Source: the human T2T-CHM13v2.0 reference genome, Homo sapiens
Assembly: GCF_009914755.1 (NCBI RefSeq)
Contig: NC_060931.1
Strand: one strand, 5' to 3'
DNA length: 64,000 bases
This document shows positions 25,138-38,449 of the stretch, one piece after another (the first letter of the stretch is position 1; each line of letters begins with the position of its first letter). Made by a program: the position numbers and the translations under genes. Below the pieces are notes generated by a model. It was not told where the DNA came from. It saw only the letters and a list, made by a program, of their open reading frames with translations, and did no database searches.

Positions 25138-25325
25138 CAAGGGTTCTTAACCTGGGATGGGCCCCGAATCACCTATGGAGTTTTTTTTTGAAATTTATGT
25201 GCTTGATCTTCATCTTACCACATATTTTCAGATTTGATATCTCTAGGGCTAGAGCTCAAGTGTACATTATTTAAAACAACTCCCCAAGTGATTCTGAAGT
25301 TTACAAGCAGGTTCAGAAAACATAG
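25138..25325. mobile_element. MER5A-like hAT MITE
   Basis: CAAGGGTTCTTAACCTGG...GAATCACCT...CTCCCCAAGTGATTCTGA. Confidence 0.6.
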
Positions 25326-25373
25326 CTTACATCATTGTAATGTATGGCCACTGCCCCTTTACATGGTCTACAT

Positions 25374-25895
25374 CAGGGACCCCCAACCTTTTTGGCACCA
25401 ATAATTAGTTTTGTGAAAGACAAAACTTTTCCACACACTGGAGCGGGGTTGGGGGGGATGGTTTTGGGATGATTCAAGCACATTACATTTACTGTGCACT
25501 TTACTTCTATTATTATTACATTGTAATATATAATGAAATAATTATACTACTCACCATAATGTAGAATCAGTGGGATGTTGAGCTTGTTTTCCTGCAACTA
25601 GAGGGTCCCATCTAGGGTTCGTGGGAAACAATGACAGATCATCAGGCATTAGATTTTCATAAGGAGCATGCAACCTAGATCCCTCCCATGTGCAGTCTGC
25701 AATAGGGTTCATGCTCCTATGAGAATCTAATGCTGTCACTGATCTGACAGGAGGCCGAGCTCAGGTGGTAATGTGAGTGATGGGTAGTGGCTGTAAATAC
25801 AGATGAAACTTTCCTTGCTCGCCCGCCACTCACTTCCTGCTGTGCGGCCTGGTTCCTAACAGGCTACGGACTGGTACCGGGGTTGGAGACCCCTG
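25374..25895 (+). mobile_element. MER1A hAT-Charlie element
   Basis: TIRs CAGGGACCCCCAACC / GGTTGGAGACCCCTG; about 520 bp; degenerate 8-bp TSD GTCTACAT / GTCTATAC. Confidence 0.9.
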
Positions 25896-26162
25896 GTCTA
25901 TACCATTCTGTAAAGCAGGTTCTATCCCTTCAACTAGGCTTCAGCACCTAAAAACACTGGGATTAAAATTCTTTGAATTTTCCTAATTGCCTAGCACAAT
26001 CCTGAGCACAAATACTCCAGAGTTAGTCACTGAAAGAATTAGTTAAAGGGATTGATCCTTTTTACTCTTTCCTCACAATGCACTCAGAAAATTTCAGGAA
26101 TGAATTATGCCATCCAATACCTAAGTCTGGTACCCTGGAGGCAAACTCTGTGGCCTTCTCTG

Positions 26163-26542
26163 TGTGGTAGAGATAAAAGTGGTTCACTTAAGTTCTGGCT
26201 TTCTTTCTTCTAGAAGGATAGATTTGAAGTTGTTTTTGTGGCCACGTGACTTGCTTTGGTTAGAGCTGTGAGTAGTTGACATGATGAGGGTGTCTCCAGG
26301 CTGGAGAATGTAATTGCTGGTGCAATACCTCCCAGGCTCCCTTCTGCTGCCTTGACAATGAGCAAGGCCACTGATACGGAGGCTCCAGCACACTGGGTCC
26401 TTGAGTGAGGACACAGGAAGCAGATGCTCCCACTGACCTGTCTGGGACATATAGCCTGAGTAAGAAATAATGTTTGTGGTTACAGGCCCCAGAAATTTGG
26501 GGAATATTTGTTACCACATCTGAATCTGTTCTGACTGACACA
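26163..26542 (+). mobile_element. MLT1J-like MaLR solo LTR
   Basis: TGTGGTAG start, GGCCACGTGACTTGCTTTGG, TGAGTAAGAAATAA...TTGTTACCAC...CTGACTGACACA end. Confidence 0.75.
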
Positions 26543-26769
26543 GCATGGATTAAGTCCGTATTAAATTATTTGTCATATGCATTATGTAGGTTTTGCAACT
26601 TTAAAAAAGTTGAGCATGAAGAGTTGAACTATTTTTGAAAAGGAAGAGTGGAAACAAAATTCAAAACTGAGGCCTAGAGTAGAAAGTTAATAAATTTGAG
26701 ACTTGTGTTTATATGGCCACTAAGGTGATGTTTTCGTCATATATGTACTGTTTTCTTATTAAATTCACC

Positions 26770-27061
26770 AGCCGGGTGTGGTGGCTCACATCCATAATCT
26801 CAGGACTTTGGGAGGCTGAGGCAGGAGGATCACTTGAGCCCAGGCATTCGAGTCCAACCTGGCTAACATGGTGAAACTCTGTCTCTACCAAAAATACAAA
26901 AAATTAGCCGGGCAAGGTGGTGCACACCTGTGGTACCAGCTATTCGGGAGGCTGAGGTGGGAGGATCACTTGAAGCCAGCAAGTTGAGGCTGTGGTGAGT
27001 CACGTTCATACCACTGTACTCCAGCGTGGGTGACAGAGCAAGACTCTGTCTCAAGAAAAAT
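26770..27061 (+). mobile_element. AluJ
   Basis: GGAGGATCACTTGAGCCCAGG-type motif in both arms; short A tail. Confidence 0.92.
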
Positions 27062-28877
27062 AAATTTGTTCAAAGGAATAACTATCATCTTCAGTTCTCT
27101 ACTATGGAGAATTGAAGATTGAACAAAAGGTAGTCATCCAAGGAGATTTAGTATGTTGGCCACACCCTGAATTTGTCATTTGGGATAAATTCCATTGAGA
27201 TGGTGGCTGGCAGGGGCACCTCCTCTCCAGGGTTTCAATGCTTGCAGTTGAACTGCTCTGCTGCACATGGCCACCCACAATTTATAACTGCTTGTGTGGC
27301 TTTAGCCTTCTCCAACAAGGAGTATCTTTCTCTAGGGCTTTGAGAGTTTGGTATGTGAAAAACTGTATCCTGTCTTAATTTGCATTTCTTTGGTGGTTGG
27401 TGAAGTTGATCACTATTACATGTACTTTTTGACTCATTTCTTCTTTTGTGAATTACTCTTCAGGTCTTTAACCAGGGAGATCTTTAAGAGGTGGATGCCT
27501 CCCTGAAGTCAGGACACAAGGACCCTTAGCCTCTCTGCTCACCTGGGGGCTTCCTGACCATCCTCAGCTGCTCCAGCCAGTGTCTTGGCACAAAGGTTGG
27601 CAGGAGGTCCCCCAGCGCAGTCACCACCCTGACCCCTGCCTCCCAGCCTGGACTCCTGATGCCTCCTTTTACTCCCTAAGTGCCAGGGTCTGATCCTGGT
27701 TCTTGAATGCCAAGGAAGGGCAGAGAGGGTGTGAGAATAGAGGACATTGTCAGAACCCAGAGAATTTCACTTTTAAGACTGTACCTCTCTTTTCCCTTCC
27801 TTCTTCTAGCCTCTCCCACCTCCCTTTCCTAGCTTCCCTGGTGTGGAGGGTTGGAGGATTGGGTGGGCTCCAGCAGGTGCCACAGCAGCAGTTGATACTC
27901 CAACTCCTTGCTTCCCCTGGGAGCTGCCAGCAGCTTGTTCTATGTCACATGCCACTCCTCAGGGGGCTCAGGCTCACTCACAACCCCTCCAACCTCACCA
28001 AAGGTCACATCCAAGGAAGCTGTGGTTCCCCCTCTTCCCCATCCCCACCTTGGCTACTCTCACCTTTTCTAAATTCCTTTCTGTTCTTTCACTACACTGA
28101 TGTCTGCGTGATCTTTTATTCTCATCATCTTACCTGTCGCACCACCCAGGGCCTTATCACCTATGAGGCAGACTGAGACCCTTGACTCAGCCTATAAGCT
28201 CCTTGATCATCTGACTGATTTGTTGATCAGGAGTACCTGCTATACATGGAAGGATAGATTGAGGTCAGATTCTGAGGGGCCTTGAATGGCGGGCCAAGGA
28301 GTTTAGATGGAACTGCGTGGCCCGTAAGAAAATAGTGCAAGCGAGTGGGTTACGAGCAGAGTTGTACCATATTTTTTGGGAAGGGTAGGGAGAGACCCTA
28401 ATAGAAGTGTCCAGTTAGGTGAGGACTTTGCTTCCTGTGGGAAGACAATGAAGATGGGGCTTTATCTTGGGGCCCACCAAGATGATGTCACTATGGGAGG
28501 CCCTTTTGAATACATAGTGAGTGCCATTGCTCATCAGCCCTCTTACCTTGGGGAGACTTAATAAACTTTCTTGTGGAAGAGGGACATAAGACGATGAGGT
28601 TGTTTTTTCCTTATGGGTGCTGGAATGTGGGGTGTGTTTTATCCTGTTACGACCCTCATTTTGGTAATCAGCACAAGGTCTGGGCCTCTGTGGCAAGAGC
28701 AGTGACAATGTTTTCACACCCCAAGGGGCACACAAAAGTCAGCCAACTCCCTGCTGCCGGGTCAGGAGTGAGGGTCAGAGCAGTGGAAGTCCAGGGACTC
28801 CCCAGAAATGGGGCTTAGGCACAAAGATCATTTAGACCACCCCCAGGTCCCTGGTCACCTTCTGCTTTCCCCACACA

Positions 28878-29424
28878 TCAGGGGAGGTTCTGGCAAGAAG
28901 TAGCACATCCACACTGGGAAATTTGAAGAGGTTTTGTATAGGACCATTTACAAAGGTAGAGCAGGGATAGGAAAACTTCAAGGGGTGCTGTAGTTCCCAG
29001 GAGAAATTCTATCACTGTATCTGTTTTGCTTTTTCTCCCATCTGGAAAATGCACACACACACCTGAGTAACTCACTTTCTTCTTGAATTCCAAAAAACTT
29101 TTGTGATTGTATATACAATCTTCTCCTAGAGTGCTCAGAAGGGCTCTGTGTGGAGTTGTGTGGAGAGGGTCCCCTTACAGGAGCCAGGACTTTCAAGAGC
29201 CACATGCCACAGTGACCCCACAGCACTGGTGGGGAGCTAGGGGCATAAACACCACGACTTCATTCTTCTGTGCTCTGAGCTGTTGCTGATGCTCCCTATT
29301 GGCCAAACCAAATTGGCAACCAGAGGATAAGGGAGCCCGCTGAGGGAGTCCATCTTGTGACCTCCTAGGCCAGGGCAGAGGGCAGAGGGTAGAGTGTGGG
29401 TTGGAGGGAAAGTGGAAGATACAC
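28878..29424 (-). mobile_element. LTR33-like ERVL LTR interrupted by a 150-bp non-LTR insert
   Basis: ACACTGGGAAATTTGAAGAG...ATTTACAAAGG on the left; CCTATTGGCCAAACC...CCAGAGGATAAGGGAGCCC...GGAAGATAC on the right. Confidence 0.75.
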
Positions 29425-30497
29425 TCCTGTCCCCACTGTAGGGGAAGAAAAACTCTTCCTCTCCTGTCTTAGATGTAGTGATTGGGGACCTGTGAATTAA
29501 ACTGACAAAAGACAGATTAGAAAGAGAGAAGAACAGATTTAATCATGTAAGTGTGGAGTTCACAAAAAATGCTACTCAAGGAGATGGTTAGAATTTGGGG
29601 CTTATGTAGCATCTGAAAGGAAAGGGAGGGGGAGAAAGGATTTTTATGGGAGGAAAAATGACTTTTGGAAAGATAAATGGGTACTTAAGAGGGTAGATGG
29701 GAGATGTAGTTTTGTGATAGTGGCTCATGTCTGATGAGGAGAGTCAATCTTCCCTGCTTGCAAGAAACTCCTGGGAGGGGGTTTATGCCAACTGAGTTCT
29801 TTTGGGAGGCTCCGCTTTTAGGCAGATTTCAGAAACTCAAATCCCTTCTGCTTAAAATCATTTTTATGCCCCAGTGATATATTCCGGACCACTTCACCAC
29901 CAAAGGTAGCGTGACCTGTGGGGGGCTGTAGGGAGACCAAAGGTTCCCAATTTTAGAGCCACCAAGTTTGAGGGACCAGAGAATCAAGGCTACTGTGGGG
30001 CTGCACAGGCTTCTGGGAAGAGAGCTGGAGTGATGGGGCCTCATCCTCTCACAGAGAGCAACCAGCGTCACCAGGTAGCCCTGCTTCTGGGATATCCCGT
30101 CCTGATCAATCTTAGGCTGCTCTACGGCATGGCTATGGGGCATTGCACCATGTTATCCCTTAGTCTAGGGAATCTGACACTTGGCCTCTCACACGCTGGG
30201 AAGCCAGCATCCTATTTATCTCACAACTTCAGGAAATTATACTGCTTCTAGGTCAGGTTCTGGCTGGAGTAAAGAATGCCAGGCTACAGGGTCAAGAATG
30301 CTAGGCTACGGGGTCAAGTGACATCATTTTCCTCAGTGTTTAAGGAACACGCAGAGCCCTTCTGAGCACTCGTGGAGAAGATTCTATGTACAATCATGAA
30401 AGTTTTTTGGAATTCAAGAAGAAAGTGATTTATTCAGGTGTGTGCATGCGTTTTCCAGATGGGAGAAAGAGCAAAACAGATAAGGTGATAGAATTTC
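29003..30497. repeat. 150-bp inverted repeat, arms 29003-29152 and 30348-30497
   Basis: Manual ungapped alignment: about 135 of 150 identical. Confidence 0.95.
29437..29896 (-). mobile_element. MER31-like ERV1 solo LTR
   Basis: TG...CA ends (TGTAGGGGAAGAAAAA / ACCACTTCA); perfect 4-bp TSD CCAC at 29433-29436 and 29897-29900. Confidence 0.8.
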
Positions 30498-32884
30498 CAT
30501 TGTTAGATTCTTCTTGTTTGTCTGTGAACTATGCATGAAGGAGCTATCCTGAGCCATGAATACTGAAAACACTTGAGTGCTTTTCCATGTGTGAAAACCT
30601 TACCCTTTGAAAAATCCAAGGCCCACCCTGGGCCACACATGTCGAATCTGAGCTCAGCTGTTAGGCAGCTCCTCACCTGCGCCAACAGCGAAAGCAAAAG
30701 TGGTTCGGCACAGACATTGTTTAAAATGGCTGCGTTAAAAATACCATCTCGGCTTCACAGATTTCTGGAGCTGTGAGGAGCATCCTCATTTATGTGCTCT
30801 GATGAAGGTGAGTCTGAGAGGAATGCACAAGCCAGTTAAAAGTGGTTCTCTAATTGGATTATGCAACAGCTTTTGAATCTCGATGCTTTAAATTTTTAAA
30901 GAGCCAGCAACCTCTCTCAGCCCAAAGTCCCTGTGGCTCTGAGCAAGGCTGCAGGGCATTGAAGGGGGGACAGGCTGATAGCTCAGTCAGGTGTAGCTTC
31001 AGGACTGTTATGGAAAGGGAAGATCTGTGTATGGGGAGGACTTTCCTAAGGGGTGAGGAGGAAAGAAACTGCTGCCATGTGGAAGGGAGGCATGGAGGGA
31101 CTCCAGAAGACCTGATTTTGGGGTCCCTGTCCAGTTAAGGAAGTTGAACATAATTTTGGTTTAGGTTTGCTTCAGAAGTCATATAATCTTTGCCACTCAC
31201 TGATGCTGACTGTGACCCTTGCATAGCCAACTCCCAGAGAACCTAAGTCAAAATCAAATACTTGGCCTTTCTTTTCAGAATGCTTCCGTTTGGTGGCTCC
31301 AGGCAAACATTTTGCAAAGAATCCTCTTACCTCCTGTTAACTGCAACCTTTGCTGCCTGCCAGCCTACCAGGCGGTTCCCTCAATTTGTTCAACACAAGG
31401 TCTGGTTGGCCAGGTCAGGTTCCATTCCAGTGGCCCCAGGACTGGAACTTGTCCAGGACTCACAGACCTTCCAATGAGAGGGATCAGAGCTGTTGACCCA
31501 GTGGCATTATTCTCCAGCTGGGCTTTGAGATAGAGTCAGAACTGTCAGTGTTTCTGCAGTGCCTCCATCCAGAGGTGGCAGGGCTTGGGGCTGAGGTATA
31601 GGAAAGAAGACAGGGTTAAGAAAAATGACCAATGTGGTGGTCCTATGCAAAGATAACCTCTACTATTTGCTTCTGAGGAGTGGAACAGTTGGCAAATCAC
31701 CTAGAAGTTAGTGGAAAGGATTGTGAAGACAGGAGAAAGGAAAAATACTCAACATGTGTTGATTATGAATTTTAATTACTGAGTTATCTGTTCAGTCAAC
31801 AGGCTGGGAAAGAAATGTGGGCAGGAAGAGCTCTGTGAATGTTACAGATGATACAATTCTGCTTTTAGGAAATGCACAATTAAACTGTGTCTACACAACC
31901 CAAAGTAAAAGCAGATGTATCCGTCACCAGACTATTTTGATTAATGGGGAAATTTGGAGCTTAAATTATCTGGTTCTGCCAGCTATGTTGATCAAATGAA
32001 CTGGATCGTTGCCAGATCTCTATTTCTCTCAGTGGGGTATAGACACAACTTTGGGTGAGGCAGTTTCAGGGACAGGATTCATCATATGAGGCAGCAGAAT
32101 CTAAGTGGGAGGGAAAGGCACTTCAAAGCAAGTGATAACAAAATCCTTACATTTGGATAACCCGTATCGAGAGGCCATGGACTTAGGTTTACCTCCAAAT
32201 CAGATAATCGACTCAGCAGGCTACATGACCTCTGGTGTGGAACCACACTCTTCCTGCTCTTTCTGGGAGTTGGTTATCCAATTAAAGAAGCAGTCCTCAT
32301 GCTGCTGGTTTGCATTGAGGGGACTGAGTGACTGGGAAGAAGTAGAAGAGTTGATAGAAGGGTATTTTTTGGTATCTACCCTCTGATACTCAGGGAGGAA
32401 CTCTTTCTGATCACCCATTCAGAGAGGAGACCAGCGCCGTGAAGACAAGCCACCTCTGCCATCTTACTGACTTGTCCAAAATTATCTCTTGATACGACAG
32501 AATGTACCACCTGCCCTCCAAAGTTTTCACTGAGCCACTCTGTTTTTCTTTGCTTGTCTAAAACATGTTTGCTGTTTGTTTGTTTATAGATACAGTCATT
32601 TGCAAATTATGGAGTCAGTGTAGCTCTTGCATTCAGGGCTTTTTCTAGAGTACACATTTTAAATATCGCCACTCTCTGAGACGAGAAAATGATTTGGGTC
32701 ATGGAGGATGCTGTTTCACCAAAAAATGTCTTTTGAAATAAGGCCCTGCTGGAATATGGATCCTTTACTGTTAACTGATGTGTTGAATGGTTTTGGATGT
32801 CTTTTATTGAAAAATAAGGGAGGCAAATTAAAAAAATAGGAATAATGACACTGGGAATCATTAAATGAAATGAGTGATTAAGAA

Positions 32885-33675
<791 letters not shown>

Positions 33676-34099
33676 TGAGTTTACGACCATTTTGAAGAGG
33701 TTCCCTATAGCCAAACAATGTCAATGCCTTAAAGGACCTTGGAGACCATTTCCTCTCATCTTCTCATGTTGCAGATGAGACGTGATTAGGCAGAGGTCCC
33801 TTGATTCCAAAATCGGTGCTTAATCCAGGAAATTGCATTGTGTCCTGAGAGTAGGAGATGTAGCATTCTGAGACACCTATTCAAAGTGAGCAGAACATTT
33901 CCAATAACTTCTTTTTTGCTATGTTTTGGACCAATTGCTAACGATTGTAATAGCAGTAATAATAATAGCAAAAATAATAAAAAATAACACAAGTAGATGA
34001 GATGCGTCCTCTCACCTACTGCCATTCCTCAATGTGTAGATATTGTAAAACATCATAGATTTATATAATTTTGTCAATAAAAAATTGTAAAAATATAAT

Positions 34100-34310
34100 A
34101 CACTGATAATAATATCAGTTTATTGTGCTCTTATTAAGTACCAGATACTGAGTGAAAGAAGCACATTTTATGCAATACCTCATTTAATTTCCCCCCAACC
34201 TCATGAGGTCAATGAGAAAACTGATGTCCAAAAAGGTGAAATAAATTCCCTCCAGAGCTTAGAAGAGTTGGGGCTGGAACTGACCATTGGGAGGGGCTAC
34301 AGTACTCTTA
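34100..34310 (-). mobile_element. MIR
   Basis: CCTCATTTAATTTCCCCCCAACCTCATGAGG...AATGAGAAAACTGA. Confidence 0.6.
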
Positions 34311-34579
34311 ATTAAAGCATCCAATACATGGTTTCCAGATCTTTGGATTTCACAAACTAGCAAAATTTCCAGAAACCAATGTAAGGTGGCCACATTTTAT
34401 TTTGCCAAGTATAAATACTGAGTAACAAGCAAATAATAAAAACGACAAACCTACTATTTCCTGTTATTGTTATGTTATCAAATAAAACATATTTTCACAC
34501 CAAAAAGTAGAAGGACCTATTCTCAGAACAGAGAAGAGTCTTGTAAAGTAGATCTGTTTTATTTTATGAAAAATTCTTT

Positions 34580-36555
34580 AGTCATTTTGCTGCCCAGAAA
34601 GATGTCATAGTGGATGCTCAGGGTTGGTCTTTGCTGATGGCTGTCTGGGGACTCAGCACTGCAGGTCACCAAATCAGTGTTGGTGTGGGAAAGTTCATCT
34701 TATGCTCACTTGTGGGCTCCATTTCCACCACCATGACCACTTTGTACATGGAACCATTGAACAAGCATTGTGGTGGCTGGAGAAAGAAGCTGAGTGACAT
34801 CCACCAGACAGGTCACCTTGTCCACCAGATTACTGAGATTCTCTTCCTCAGTTACTGAGATTCTCTTCCTCAGTGGATGTCCTATGGTAGAAATCAATGT
34901 GAGTCTCAAGTATCTTCATACATTGTGCCCATTCCTAGAAGTTACCTGCCTACCTTTCCTTCAGACCTCCTTGTCACCTTTTTTCTGATCTTGTTCTTTC
35001 CAAACACTTGACCTTCTAACCAACACTTTGGGCATTAATTGTGAATCAGTATAGATTTATACATGAGGTCATCTTTTCTTGCTCATAAAGTGGACAGCTA
35101 GATGTATTTCCCCCAATATAAATCACTGGGAGGATTTTTCTTCCCCACTGTCTTTCAGGGGTACACCTAAATAGGCTGTAATATAATCAGCTTTGACTTC
35201 TGTCTGGTGCCAGTAGACTGGAAAACTCACAAGTAGCCCAGCCCATGCTTTCTCTTCCCCCACTAACTAGTAATAGAGAGCTCTCCAACATGCCATGGTT
35301 GGGACTGGGAAAGAGGGAATGCAGCAGGAGGAGCAGGTGCTATGGGAGGCTGAGCCACCTGTCTATGCTGTTCACTTGTCCCTTCTAGGCTTGCTCAGGT
35401 CAAGTCTTATGCATACCAGTTCCATTTGACAATGAGATGCTGCTGTGCACATCCAATTTTATAATTTGGTCAATCAAACTACATCTAGTTCATGATAGGC
35501 AGCACTTGGTGTTCAATGGTCAGGTTTTTAGTCCTTACTAGGCTTAGTAGCAAATCAAATCTGGATCAGCCTTTTTAATGGACAATTTTAGTTGGCAGAA
35601 ATTGGCACAGCCATACAGTGAATCCCAAGGGAAGCGTTCTGTGCTTCTCCTACTGTGGCTAGCCAGAGCCTCCATTCAGCATCTCTGCAACAAACGCTTC
35701 CAGTTCAGTTGGATATGACTGGTGGCTAGGCAGTTTGAATGGTGGTCTATCTCTGCTGCAGAGCCTTTTTAGATCAAAACTGGCAGCCTCACAGTTGACC
35801 CAGAACTTGGGTCAGAGCAGCACACTTATGTTCCTAGAATCCAAAGAGGGCCCCCAAACCTTACTCCTCTTTGTGGAAAGTGAGTCAAGGTAAAATATTT
35901 GTCTCATACTTTTGAAGCGATGACACGCTGCCATTCTCCCAGACCACTGACATCTGGAACTCTCACTACTATCTGTCTTCCAGATCCAACTAGCACAATG
36001 TCAATGATGAAATGGACCAGTGTCATATTCTGCGGGATATCAAGGCAATCAAGATCATCTTGGACTGTATTGTGACAGAGGGCCAGGGAGTGAACAGAGC
36101 CCTTATAATGTAGGTAGTTTTCCCTTGCACGTGAAGGCAACCTGTCTCTACTTATCTTTTCTGATCCCTTTCCTGGCTTCTAGGGTAATTCCATGTGATG
36201 ATTAAGCACTACCATCTGCTTTCTACCACCCTGAGATCCCATTATTTCCATCAAAATCCAGAAACTCAATGCCAACTTCCACCACCGCCTCCTGCATAAC
36301 ATCACTGCCTCAGGGGCTTTCAAGGGTGCTGGTGCTCCCCTTACCAATACATTTCTAAGTTCCTTGGTAAAGCATCATCCAAGTCTTCTTAGGGGAATAG
36401 TTAGGGGATAATGATAATTTGAGTCTTCATGATGATAGCATGTCATAAATTACCACTGTGTGTTTTTCTCTGGCAAGGAGTTTGCTTGTGCTTTCATGAG
36501 ATATGTGGGCAACTCAATCCCCAAATCCGTTTTTGAGAGTCTGTTTTCTAGAACT
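34580..36555 (-). mobile_element. Decayed ERVL-class internal region (ERV3-16A3-like gag-pol remnant)
   Basis: Minus ORFs give RT motif SLALCHNTVQDDLDCLDIPQNMTLVHFIIDIVL (compare SPALCHN...LVHYIDDI) and integrase N-terminus QWFHVQSGHGG (compare QWAHEQSGHGG). Confidence 0.85.
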
Positions 36556-36559
36556 ACTC

Positions 36560-36965
36560 TATATTAGTCAAGGTCTTGGCAAGAAGTAGACGGCACACTT
36601 TAAAAACGGGATAAAATTGAAGAGTTTAATGAGGGAAGCTACTGTCACCTTTAGTCCTGAATGGGCAAGAGGATCATGTTACCAGAACCTGGAAAGAGCT
36701 GTGCTGTGGGAGAAGGATGCCTGGCAGGAATGTGGCCTTATGTAGAGAAATACAGCTGCTTCTAAAACCATGTTCTGGCAGAAGAGAATAAGGTGGCTTT
36801 CTCTTTTCCCACACTTCACTCAAGGTGCTGATATATCCCTTTGGTTAAACCCAACTGAAAGTCAGAAAGCAAGAGCTCCTAGTGTTCATCCTGAGAAGTG
36901 AGGCTTCTGGGACATACACAGAAGAGTGGAGAAGAGTGGAGAGGGGACTTGGAGAAGACTCAGTA
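36560..36965 (-). mobile_element. LTR33-like 5' LTR of the ERVL remnant
   Basis: TATTAGTCAAGG...AGACGGCACACT...GAAGAGTTTAAT...TTGGTTAAACCCAACTGAAAGTCAGA; directly abuts the internal region. Confidence 0.75.
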
Positions 36966-37182
36966 CTTGGGCTAAGGATTTTTTTCTGCATCTGGAGTCA
37001 CTGGGAAATCGTGGCAACTTTTTTTTTAGTAGAGATATATTTTTGGGCTATGTTTTAGGATAACAGTGGTATGTGAATTGAAATTTGGGTAATTTAGAGA
37101 AGGGTGATCTGCCATGAGACCAGTGGGAATGGAGAGGCTGCGGAAGATGCTGGAAGGAAAGTATTCAATGGATACATGCATG

Positions 37183-38068
37183 CAGTAGCCCCCCTTTATC
37201 CTTGCAAGATATGTCCTAAGACCCCCAGTGGATGCCTGAAACCGTGCATAGTACCAAACCCTATATATACCATGTTTCTTTCCTATATATGTTGTGTTAG
37301 TTTGTTCTTGCATTGCTATAAAGGAATATCTATGACTGGGCAGTTTATAAAGAAAAGAGGTTTATTTGGCTCATGGTTCTGCAGGCCATACAGGAAGCAT
37401 AGCTCCGACATCTGCTTCTGGGAAGGCCTCAGGAAGCTTACACTCTTGGAAGGTGAAGAGAGAGCAGGCAAGTCACATGCAGAAGCAAGAGAGGGGGAGG
37501 TGCTTTAAACACTTTAAACAGCCAGATCGCAGGAGAACAAAGTCACTATTGTGAGGACAGCACCAAGCCATGAGGGATCTGCCCCCAGGATTGAGACACC
37601 TCCCACTAGGCCCTCCCTCCAGCACTGAGGATTACATTTCAACAGATTTAGGGAGACAAATATCCAAAGTATATCATATACACACCTATGATAAAGTTTA
37701 ATTTATACATTAGGCACAGTAAGAGATTAACAACAATAACAATTATTATTGGTAAAGTATTATTAAGTAAAATAAGGGTTACTTGAATACAAGCACTGCA
37801 ATACTGCCATAGTTTATCTGGTCACTGAAAGGGCTACTAGGGACTCACGGGCGGGTAATGTCTACAGTGTGGATATGCTGGACAAAGGGAAGATTCATGT
37901 CCTAGAGGGGACAAAGTGAGGTGGCATGAGATTTCCTTACACTGCTTAGAATGGCAGACAACTTCAAACTTGAGAATTATTTATTTCTGGAATTTTCTAT
38001 TTGATATTCTCAGACTACAGGTAACTAAAACAGTGGAAGGTAAAACTGCAGATAAGGGGGAATTATCT
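37183..38068. mobile_element. MER44 (Tigger7-derived) split by an MST LTR
   Basis: TIRs CAGTAGCCCCCCTTTATCC / GATAAGGGGGAATTA; GACCCCCAGTGGATGCCTGAAACC. Confidence 0.85.
37293..37676 (-). mobile_element. MSTB-like MaLR solo LTR
   Basis: TGTGTTAGTTTGTTCTTGCATTGCTATAAAGGAATA...GAGGACAGCACCAAGCCATGAGGGATC...ATCCAAAGTATATCA. Confidence 0.88.
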
Positions 38069-38449
38069 TACGTGCCTTTTATGTCAGTGAGGTGGTAGAG
38101 AGTCGCTGTTTGAAGACCAGAGCTTCTGTCTGAGGCTGTGTTAGTGAGCCCGACCAGGAGGCTGTGGGGACGGCACGCTATAGCAGATTGCCTCGGAGTT
38201 GTGCTTTTGAAGTTAGAAAGCCAAATCAATGTGAAGAGCATTTGGTCGTCCTCATTTCTATGCACACGTAGATTGCATATTAATATCAAAGGAAGTCAGT
38301 TGTGTATGTAAAGGAGAAAGAATTTTCTTTGGAGTCTTTAATTGTCAAGCGCCATTAAGATTTTCTTCTTCTTGCCCACCAAAATGACAGAATCCACTTT
38401 AAAATCTTTGAAAGCAAATGATGAAATTTGATGCCAGGGTGGTAGCAAC

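Noticed and set aside
27703-28176. 157-aa plus-strand ORF
   Set aside because: Non-ATG start, low-complexity composition, no recognisable domain or exon boundaries
29003-30497. Inverted arms as TIRs of a novel DNA transposon
   Set aside because: No TSD or transposase; the left arm interrupts an LTR that continues colinearly inside the supposed element
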